The position numbers and the translations under genes were made by a program. Positions 24,651 to 35,995 of a stretch of DNA of 64,000 nucleotides are shown here, piece after piece (position 1 is the stretch's first letter; each line of letters opens with the position of its first letter). Source of the stretch: Haliotis cracherodii. Taxonomy: Eukaryota. The notes below the pieces were generated by a model. It searched no databases and was not told the origin of the DNA. It saw only the letters and a list, made by a program, of their open reading frames with translations. The stretch spans positions 13,330,001 through 13,394,000 of the forward strand of contig NW_027266343.1 in the NCBI RefSeq assembly GCF_022045235.1, written 5' to 3'.

Positions 24651-26010
24651 TAACTCTTCATAATAAAATATTTAGAAAAATGTGTGGTATCGTTTCTTTT
24701 GGACATTAGTTTAGTTGTAATTTTTTTTTCTTCTAGTTTTGCGGCTGCAGCTGAAAAATATTCATTGCGCCTCAAGACCAGTCCCCCCCCCCCCCCCCCC
24801 CCCCCGCCCACACACACACCTCCGAAAATATAATATGATCTGTCCCTCAAAGCAGAGTTCATAGCACGATTCCGACTATATGATGAGCATGAACCACTAT
24901 CACACAGAGATGATACGAGGTGTTAGCGAAAAGATGAGAGTATCCTGCTCTACCGGTGGCACCCGTAACACACGCAAGGGCAAGTCAATTGCACACCTGA
25001 ATAACAACACGCGGGAACATATGGTGCAAGTCAAAATAGGGAGTTGCATCGGACATACTTTTTGTCACTGATGCATCAAATTTAGAAACTTACTCCACAT
25101 GTAGAAGATGGGGACGTCAGAAATGACTTCACAAGTTGTACCCTTGCTTGAATCAATCCCGAGCACGTGGAGTTAAAGTTGTAATCCACTGTGCTACTAC
25201 AATGTTCAAGCATGTACTGAATGTATGAAGTATGTTGCAGTCCGACCATGACGTGCAGTATAAGGAAGTAACCCCCATGATAAACTGTAACCTAAAATCA
25301 GTGGCATGACTTTTCAACTCACGTCCATTGCAGTTTACATTAAGGTTCTTAGATCCAATTTCTGTACACCTCCTTGTCCAACATGAGTGAATGACTATGG
25401 TTTTACGCCACTTTTAGCAATATTCCAGGAATGTCGGGCGTTGGACACCTGAAATGGGCTTCACATATTGTACCCATGTCGAGAATCGGAAACGCTTTAA
25501 CCACAAGGCTACTCGACCGCCCCTTATCCAATACGGTAGCCTAGTGGTTAAAGCGATGGTTACACTAGTGTCAAGAGTGAGTGTGTTTAGTTTACAGTAT
25601 TTCAAGGCCTTAGGCGTTTACCACGTGCACGACATGATGATGATAAAGCTAGAAACATAACCAGTGCTTAACTGAGATCAAACCCACGATTATTGAATTC
25701 TTGCACGTCTAAAGGACGCAACTATGCACATCAAATTGCAGCGCCTTAGACGACTGGGTCACCCGTGCACCCAAAGAGTGGAAAGAAATGAGGAAATTCA
25801 ATGAACTAACAGTTTGATTTTTATTGACATGAAACAATATTTGGTATCACAGTGTGGTTGTTGACCTTAACACGGCAGGTCAAAAATGAATTTCATGGAT
25901 TGCCATAACAAGCAGACACTAACATCAACAGCATCAGTAATATATGTTAACAACTTCAACAGCACCAACAGTCAGGAAAAATAGTACACGTAAGAATATT
26001 TTCCACATTG

Positions 26011-28423
26011 CTATAGAGATAACTTGAGTGGTGACACATCAATTTGGAGACGTCGAAGGCGCATGTTCTGTTTCTCTCCTGCTGTCCATGACTTGGACTT
26101 TACCCGGAAGTGACGTAGTTGTTTGGAGAAGTCCTGATGCAGCATGGGAAGATAGCTTTTTGGTTCACACTGACACTAGAAAAATGATGACGATGTACTG
26201 TTAGACACATTTCGAAATGTTGACTGATGGAACATTATACACTTTTCAACAAAAATGACAAATAGTGAAAAAGGAATATTTCTCAAATTTTAAAAACGAT
26301 ATCAATGTCAAAAGAATGCATTCATCAATTGTTGTATTGATGTAAGTTGGTAAGTCCATAGACACTACACGTACTTGTATTACACTGAGAATAGTTGTAA
26401 AGAAAACATAATCTGCAAAACATGTGTCACGCATATATATTCGTATTCAGTTATCAAATCATCAAGTGTCAATCAACCTACCCGATGTTGTTCATAAAAG
26501 GCCTTGTATCCTCCATCTAACAGGTATACTTCCGGGTAGAAGAGGAAAGGGTAACGGTCACTGTTCAGCTTCCGGTCAAGGTTTCTGAGGCAGCGCAATC
26601 TGTGAAAGAGAAGCCGTATTAAAACGAGAGGCTGAGATATACATGGTCGTTTTAGTTTTCATTGAAACTAAGCATCGTTATCGTTATGTAAGTATCGTTA
26701 AGTGCCTCAAGCAAGTGATGTGACAAAAATACTTACAGTTTCGGGCCTCTCTCTGATGAAAATTCACAGTGGAAGACCAGGATGTTTCGTTCAGTGGAGT
26801 CCCTCCCTTGTAGGCTGGTCACCAAGTCTGTGATCAGAGCCTCGTTGTGAAGGTTCTCGGCATTCTGAAGTAAATAATCAGGAAAATGTAAACTTAGACT
26901 GTTACTGCATGCTGGGCACCCTGAAGTAAACTGTAAACTTAGATTTTTAGAGATATGAAGGTGAGGTGAGGTGAAATTGGGTTTAACGTCAAATCAAAGA
27001 TTATTGCACTTGTGACGTGCATGCATGTGCATGCACGTGTGTGTGTGTGTGGCTGCTTGTACTTGTACTTCTGATGCCGATTTATAGTGCTTGCTCACTG
27101 AGATACCTTGCCGCAGATTAACATGAATACCCCACTCAGACACAGTGTACTGACTCCGTGCCGACCAGTCCTTGTTTAAGTCCTTTATGCCGAGCGCCAG
27201 ACAGGGTAACAACAAGTACCATCTTTTAACGTCTTTTGGTATGACGCCTGGGGATCGAACCCCTGACCTTCCGCTCTCCGGGTGGACGCTCTACCACTAG
27301 ACCACGGAGGCGGTCACGAGATATTAAGAAAGATACAATCAATATGTTGTTAATATGGTATAAACATAGCCCATGAACAATATTACATGGTCATGATTGA
27401 ATTGTTTTGAGGGAGTTTAAAGACAGTAGCATACCTCAATATGACCACCTTCATATTCATATGGGTAACGACAGTCGATGATCCTGAAGCTGGATATGAC
27501 GTCATCGTACTGTCCTGCCAGAAGCTGACTGACTGTGTGTGGAGCCACAGACTTGAGATCCTTGTGTCTTCCTTGAATAGTTGGAAGACCATGATTCTGG
27601 AAAAGAAATAATTTCGATATTGATTTAAATGTGAAGTTGTTTTCCAGTTACCTCGTCATCTTCAAAATCAGCATGCATTTTTTATTTGATTGATGATAAG
27701 AAGCCACCAGCCTCCAACTAACCTGTGAGCCATCACCGATGAGATCAGTCCCCTGTTCCATTTTTTCAACGGCTGTCTTCACAACCTCTGACGTGGCTTC
27801 TGTTTGGGCTTTGGGGACACCATTAGTTGTTTTAAGTTTCTTCATCTGCCGAGCTAGAATATGATCTTCAGCACCATCATCATCACGTCGTCTCTTTTCT
27901 CCGAAAAGGGATTTCCTCGTTCCATGGAAACCAGTCCTTCTGTGATCCAAAGGTAGTGGCGACACCTAATAAAGAAACATATCATCAAATGTTTTATTTG
28001 GATTAGACATTTTTTAATGAATATAGATATTAATTAATAATATTTATTGGATATTTCTGGCAACTATTTTTTAATTTTGTTTCAATCATTTACAGGATAG
28101 TATATTGATATACCTATGTATTTCTGCAAATAAGAACTGCCCATAGTGTTAAATGAAATGTAACAAACCTCGCTGTCACTGCCAAGAGATTCAAAGCCAC
28201 TATCTCGAGAGGTTTCATCTTCGAAAACCAGACTCTGTTTGATTGAGTTTTCCGGTGAAGTCGGACATTCCAGGTTATTTGACAGGTCACTGGAAAACTG
28301 AAAAGACAAGACAAAAATATAATATATAAAAATTAATATATATATTCTTCATCTTTATAAAATTTTACTGATTATAAAAATAAGAAGCATGTTATTACTT
28401 ACCGTGATCTGCCTTCGTGACAT
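26011..28423 (-). CDS. cdc25: Cdc25 copy 5, 7 exons, intact; inverted partner of copy 4
   Basis: Exons 28423-28403, 28297-28169, 27965-27723, 27596-27435, 26864-26737, 26599-26482, 26175-26011. HCEFSSER intact; same intron-4 SINE as copy 4. Confidence 0.93.
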
Positions 28424-28497
28424 TATGACACAAGTATTTTCAAAGTGTTTCAATAATACTTAGTAAGAAATGTAAGTTGGACAGTTGAACAGTTTGA

Positions 28498-28985
28498 AGT
28501 CGAATGATACAATATCTGTGCATTCTCGTGTTTATATACCCGTACTAAAACAACATAGTAACATAACAAAGAAAACACTCGTTAATCGGTTCATTATCCA
28601 CTTAACCGTACTTTATTCATAATGGCTAATGAAAACATAGTTAAACACTAACATAATTCGAAGGTGGGCTTGGTGTGAATGTACGATCGCTTGCGTCCCC
28701 CGTAGATATGGAACCACCCATACAAGGGTGTGAGGGGGATTATCCGGGTTTAATCACCGGGTTGGACATGAAACGTACCGGTAGCCCATGTGTTGATAAC
28801 ACAGAATTCAAATAGTTTTGGTCGTCAGTTGGATGACAATTAAGGACAATTTGTATTTACTTTGGGAACAAGATATTTAATACGGGCACACTTTCTACGT
28901 GGATTCCCCACTGGCTGGGTTAAGGTGTAAAGTAAGCAGATTTATCAAGCGGTTGTTAGGATGATCTGGATTAGCTCGATTAGAC
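28498..28985 (-). promoter_or_regulatory. Upstream module of copy 5
   Basis: Reverse complement of the module; TATA at ~28531-28540. Confidence 0.7.
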
Positions 28986-29559
28986 CCATCCTTGTAGAAA
29001 ACGTCTGAATGGTTGGATGGATGTTATACGCAGATACGCAATTTCTTGTAAAGCTTTGTGTTGGTTTTCTGAACAAATTGAAGTATCACGTTATTATAGA
29101 AACTTATGTTTATCTAACAGTTTTTTTGCGTTTACTCGAAGGATGGCGTGATTTATAAAAAATACAGAATATGTGTTTTGCCTTTGAACTACATGTTGAG
29201 GTAAATAATGGGTGAGTTAGTGAACTCGGTAGTTCGGCGTGAAGAACCAAGGTACACATCACGTTCACATTAAATAAAACTGGAGTGAGTGAGTATGGTT
29301 TTACACCGCTTTTAGCAATATGCCAGCAATATCACGGCAGGTGCTTCACACATTGTACCCGGGTCTTCGGCGTGACGAGCGAACCCCACCGCCCCAATTA
29401 AACTTGAATCATTCGAAGGACGAAGTACATAAAATCATAATATAGAGATATTTGTGATATTGTTTAATAAAAAGTGTTGATAATGTTCAATTTTACAGTT
29501 AATGTGGATGCTAATGAGGTGGGTTGAACTTTTGTATGTGTGATAATATTTAATGCAGT

Positions 29560-29960
29560 TTTGACATATGGAAATTGTACTTACTCGTTTCTGTTGCATG
29601 TTCCATACTATGTCTATATTATAAGAATGGTGTATACTTTGATGTAAATTATGGATCAAGATTCTGTCAGGTTATACACTCCCGTCTCAGGCTTGGCTGC
29701 AGTGATCTTAACTCCGACAAATTTGCCAGATTTATATCCGACAGCCCGAGATGTTGTGGCTTTCATACGGAAGATGTACTTAATTTCTTTCTTACGTGTC
29801 CCTTAAACAGCACATTAAAGCAATTTCGTAAAAGGCTACGATTTAAATTCAATTCTAAATTGTAATTCACATTTAACGACTGTAACAAATCTTGAAATGT
29901 TGAAATCAGTGCACAGTTTTATTCTATCTTCTTGCCGATTTAGAGATGTTGTCTGAGATG
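29560..29960 (+). mobile_element. LINE (CR1/L2-like) ORF2 3' remnant
   Basis: HSRLRLGCSDLN..SPRCCG..EDVLNFFLTCP. Confidence 0.6.
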
Positions 29961-32900
29961 TTGGCTTTGCTATATGATACTGCGATGTTGTTGTACTGGA
30001 TGTAAATAATAACGTAGCTGTAGTTACGATAATCAAGTAAATAAACACTTACAGAACAATACTTATCTTTACTGTCAATTATATAATGTATGCTATTTCT
30101 TATGTCTCTTTCAATACATTGTAATTTGTATGTGTATCATGTTTGAGAGAGGCATTCAGATAAGCAAAATTTGCTTGGTTGCCAATCCCTCCACTTTATG
30201 GAAATCAGTATATTTATATCATGTCTATTCCTGTGTAAAATATATCATATTGATAGGTTTCGTCTCGTTCGCATTGAAATATAATGATCATGTACGTTTT
30301 CCATAATGATAAGAAACCTCCATTGAGAGTCCATTGTACGATTCCGACATTTTCGTAATCCTGTGTTTATGAATCACTATCAAATAGTGATGATGGGGTT
30401 TGCGAAATTGTGAGCGTAGCCAGCTCCCCGATGGCACCGTCACAAACACATGCAAGGGCAGATCAACTTGTTTACCCAAGAAAACACGGGAACGTATGAT
30501 TCAAGTCAACAAAGGGAATTGCATAGTATCACATGAATATATATCAAAGCATATTTTAAAGGTCGGGACATCTAATCGTTGACCTGTTTTGTTTTCATAG
30601 AAAAACTAGACGGTGTTGGTAATTTGTCTCATATTAAAGCATTTTCCAAAGAAATCGAAAAAAGTATATACATTTCACCTTCACCTGACAACTATTATGT
30701 GTCAGTCCAAGTAGAATTGTTTGAACTAAGGAAGAACACTACATGTATGTCTGCAACGTTTCTATTCACAATAAAGAGTGACATACTTAATGTCATTCTA
30801 CAGGTAGGACATGATATGTTTACCTTTTTCGCGAGCACCCAGTGTCATCACTGATTTTCGGTGATCCATTCACATACTTTCCACCACTATTTTGCCTTTC
30901 AGGACTAATGGAATCGATTTCGGGGAATAATCGTTATTGTCTCATGAATTTGGAAATTAATCGCAATAACAGGCGATTTGACACGGAAGCTAATACTTCT
31001 TTTTTAGTCATTGTCAGTAGGCATATGTAAATAATTATGGGTACACTATAAGTTATAAAATGCAAAGTTGCGGATACTGCAATATTCAAAGGATGTGTGG
31101 CAATACTTTTTGTGCAGAATACACGATAGAAACCTACCAAGAGAATGTATTTCAAGTTTGGGGGATGACAGAGTGCTTGGATTCTGGCGCATAAGACTGT
31201 GACGTCATATCTTTTGCCTCACGGTGAGGAAATAATAGTGCTGTGCGGTGAAGAAGGAAACCTTTGCAAGGCTTGCTTAGTTTTCTTTAGGGGTGCCCAC
31301 ATCATGTTAGCGTACGAAGTTGCCGTGCTACATGCTTTCAATGCCTGCCATTAAATTTAATGCCCGAGTGAAGTATTACGCTGCAGAGAACAGCTTGAGC
31401 ATAAACAGCGCCATATTTTGTGTAAAAGCAGTTGTCTGTGAATCCGTGAGTCAGATTGACAACTCATTCCAAACAGTGGACTCAACTAATGTCGCTTCAC
31501 TCAGATGGACACAAACGGCTTCGCATTTCATGAAGTCATAGCTTCGCGTTCGGTTTCAAATTCAATTTGGCGCGATTAAATCTGAAGTTAATCCAGCTCT
31601 ACATTGCAAGTAGATTATGTTTATCTTCTAAATGATTATTTTATATTTTTATATTTATGAGTGTATGAGGAGGGTTGTACGTCGATGTAAGCAGTGTCAT
31701 ATCTCCAAGTATGTAATGATATGTAACTTCGTGTATAGCGGTAGGTTCAGTGAACATATAGATCACATAAGTATACTTGTCACATAATGCATTAATTATT
31801 ACTCATCTATCCTCAAGGAATAGGTCGCACATAGGGAATGTTTAATCAGACATGTCAATAGTTTTCTCTGCCCCCATAAAAGTAAAATAAAAGACTGTGT
31901 ACATTCACCTTAGTTGAATTTGTATGAATAAAAGCAGAAAAATCCTTTCTATATTTATAAGAAAACTCTGCCTAAAGCAGAGCCAATTGTACTTATCCGA
32001 CTATATCAGGAGCATGTGTTTATGAATCACTATCAAATGGTAATGATACCAGATATTCGCTGAGTGGTGACAGTCGAATCGACAAGAAGAATGTGTTACC
32101 ATTTAATGTAAAGCTTGTGGTTAGTGGCTAAAATGCTAACTATCATTCAATTACAATTGTTTTTACCGTAAATTTCATCAATTACATTTCTCATAATCTA
32201 CATTTTGTACTTTTAAAGTGTTGTAACTGGTACATGCGACAATGTAAATTTTAATGAAAAGTGTCTTGTTCATTCTTACTATTAGATACAAAATACAAAA
32301 TATTGAATTGCACATATGCCAATAAACATGATTTCCTTATTTTAGCTAATCACTGTTATATGTTAACAAATGGACAAGACTGAGGGAACAGTGAATATGT
32401 ATGCAATGTACCATATCTGGGATGAGAACTCACATTTAATGTATCCTCTGCTAATATTTTGATGAAAGTTTCTGGATGTGTCGTTATATATTCGCCTGTT
32501 ATCAACCACATGACTATAAGGTAATCGAACTTTCTTTCATGATTTAAAGTTATTGTGAACATGTGATCGGTTTTTATTTTTATTAAGTCCAAAGCAAGGT
32601 TCGTAATGTGCCATTGTTGACAGTTGACTTGCCTTTAATGTTTGCAAGTGTTTATGACGCATGTCACAGGTGTGGCAAGATATGTTAACCTTTTCACGAA
32701 CACCTGGTATCATCACTAGTTGATAGTGATTCATACACACATTTACATGATACAGTCATGAGATTATTTCACCCGGCCTTATCGATTTATAAAACCATAC
32801 AGATAAAATGTTGCGAGGCTAGGATTGTAATGGTGACAAGCAAGAGTGGAGAGATAATGACAAAGAATTGTATGTGTGGAATTTATTCACATGAAACAAT

Positions 32901-33073
32901 AATGGATTAACAAAAGAATATCACAGAATGGTTGATGACCTTAACACAGCAGGTCACAATATATAATCAGTCTTCCGCAATTATCGGCACTAGCTTCAAC
33001 AACGTCTGCAACACAGTTCAACAAGAACAAGAACAAGAACAACATGTAGTTCTTTACGTGAGCAGTTTAACTT

Positions 33074-35373
33074 TTACCATAAAGCTAATTTGAGTGGAGA
33101 CGCATCCATTTGGAAACGACGACTGCGCATGCTCTGTTTCTGTCCTGCTGACTTTGATTTAACCCGGAACTGACGTAGTTGTTTGGAGTAATCTTGATGC
33201 AGCATGGGCAGGTAGGATCTTGGTTCGCACTGACACTAACAAAATGATGAAAGGAATTTGTAGAAACATTTGGAATATGTAGATTGATAGAACATTAATG
33301 TTCAACAAAAATGAATAGTGAAAAGATAATACATCACATTTTTTCAATACTTCAATGTCAGTACGATTGTATGCCTATATTGTTGCATTGATGTAGGTTT
33401 GGCACCCTATAAGACAAATTAGAAATAATGCATAGACTAATACGTACATTTTGTTGTCAACACATACTCCTGAATAAAGTAGACTAACATATTGACATAA
33501 GAACATGCTCACATTTGAATATCAAAGTATGTAATAAGTGCATTAACCTACCTCATGTTGTTCATAGAAGGTCTTGTATCCGCCATCTAACAGGTATACT
33601 TCCGGGTAGAAGAGGAAAGGGTAACGGTCACTGTTCAGCTTCCGGTCAAGGTTTCTAAGATGGCGCAATCTGTATGAGGGGAAACCACGATGAATGAAAG
33701 TTGTACTTGTAATTATTATTCATAGACAACTTTAATACAGGATAAATGTAGCAGCAATATTTATTTATTAAATATGCTTAGTGTCGTTTAGAATCAGTTG
33801 CCTCAAGTAATATGGCAAATGCTTACAGCTTTGGGCCTCTCTCTGATGAAAATTCACAATGGAAGACCAGGATGTTCCGCTGAGTGGAGTCCCTCCCCTG
33901 TAGACTAGTCACTAAGTCTGTGATCAGAGCCTCGTTGTGAAGGTTCTCCGCTCCCTGAAAGTAAACAAATAAGCAAAATATAAATTCGGAATATTACAAG
34001 AGCTGATATATAAGGAATCATTCTATGAACGTCCACATATACACCCGAGCTATAGTAGCATTTATCTCATCCCTGATGAAGACAATAGCATACCTCAATG
34101 TGTCCCCCTTCATATTCATATGGGTAACGACAGTCGATGATCCTGTAGCTGGAAATGATGTCTTCGTAGTCCCCTGCCAGAAGCTTACTAACTGTTTGTG
34201 GAGCCACAGAACTGAGATCCTTGTGTCTTCCTTGTATAGTTGGGAGACTATGAACCTGAAATGCAAAAGAAAACTGTTATTGACTTGAAATGAGATTATT
34301 GTTAGACGGGATTATTCCCAATAATGATTAATTTAACCGTTATTCAGTTGATTTGGATAAGAATTTGTTTCAACTAACCTTTGAGCCATCGCCAATAAGA
34401 CCTGTATCGTTTTGCATTTTATCGACGGCTGTCTTCATAACAATGGACGTCACTTCAGCTTGGGCTTTGTCGGAAATTTTGGGTGATCGAAGTTTCTTGA
34501 CCTGCCAAACAGCGTGACCTTCAGCGTCCTCTTCACGTGATCTCTTGCCCGAGAAGAGTGATCTCCTGGTGCCATGGAAACCATTCCTTGTCTTATGATC
34601 CAATGCCAGAGGAGATACCTGATAAGAGATAAGTTCCCACATATGTATACAAGCTAATAAGCCAGAATTAGGTGAGTTCCCAACAGGCACAACCTGCTAA
34701 AGCTCCTGCATCGCCGAGGGGCGATGGGGCAGCCTTGTGGTTGAGGCGCTCACTCGTCACGCCGAAGGGTGAGTTCGATTCCCCACATAGGTACAAAGTG
34801 GCCGATATATGTTGTCCCCCGCCGTTATATTGCTTGGATATTGCTAAAAGCGGCGTAAAACCTAACTCTCTGCATCGGTGTGACAACGAGCAAGGAAAGA
34901 AGGATTCACCAAGATGAACATACCTCATTGTCACTGCTCAAAGATTCAAAGCCGCTGTCATTGGAATCTTCTTCGTCGAAATCGAGGCTCTTTGGAATGA
35001 AGACATCCGGCGAACACATGCACACATCACCAGAGGTTGTTAAATCCTCAAATGCTGAAGGTTCCATGCAGAACTGAAATGAAGCAAAATATGTGTAATT
35101 GCAAAAATTTCATTGTTTTCCCTATCACATGTCACATTCCCTGAGATATGGGTGTCCCAGTCGTCTTTGACGCCGCAATTCGTCCCATAGACGTACAAGA
35201 TGTCGTGAGTTCGAAATTGATTCGCCATAATTATGTTTCTTGGTTTGTCAGTACCAAACCGTGCTCGTGGGTTTCACCAAGTGGTAAATGTCTGAGACCT
35301 GCATCACTTCGGTATTTCCTGTTACATGAAGCCGAACATCTGTTATTCTTACCTTAAGCTGTTTTCGTGACAT
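33074..35373 (-). CDS. cdc25: Cdc25 copy 6, 7 exons, ~326 aa, intact, divergent
   Basis: Exons 35373-35353, 35073-34924, 34618-34379, 34255-34094, 33954-33827, 33669-33552, 33235-33074. HCEFSSER and DSGFES intact. Confidence 0.92.
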
Positions 35374-35454
35374 GGTGGAATCGGTTTCTTCGAGGGAATT
35401 CTGTAATGTTAAGAAATCGTTGTATGATGGTGTGTACTCGTCAAGTATTAGACG

Positions 35455-35995
35455 GCGAATGATACTGAATCTGCTTACTTACTTACTTACTTTGGAGATT
35501 TAACGTGCGCTTTCCGACTGATGCGTATTTCGCACACGGGCTGAATCTGTCTTATCCAATGTTTATATATCTTTCTAAAACAACATATTTACATAACAAA
35601 GGCAACACTCGTTGATCGATTCAGTAACGAATTGATAACACATTGGATATACTTGGCAACGGAAACAAAGATAAACAAAATATTATAATAGTGATCTTGG
35701 GCTTGGTGTGAAAGTACTATCGCTTGTGCGTCCAGTGGATATTTAGCGACCTATACGAAGTGTGAGAGGGATTATCTCGGCTTAATCACCAGGTAGGACA
35801 TCAAATGTACCGTGCACCCATGTTTGCACAATACATGGTTTAGATCGTTCTAGTCGTCAGCTGAATGACAATTAAGGACAATTTGTTTTAACTGGCGGAA
35901 CGAGGTATTTAATTGGGACACACTTTGGGCACGGATTCCCCAGCTAGCGGGATTAAGGTGTATCGTAGTCAGATTGATCTGGATTAGGTGGATTA
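35455..35995 (-). promoter_or_regulatory. Upstream module of copy 6
   Basis: Same ordered motifs; TATA at ~35562-35569; Inr displaced by a 76-bp insertion. Confidence 0.65.
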
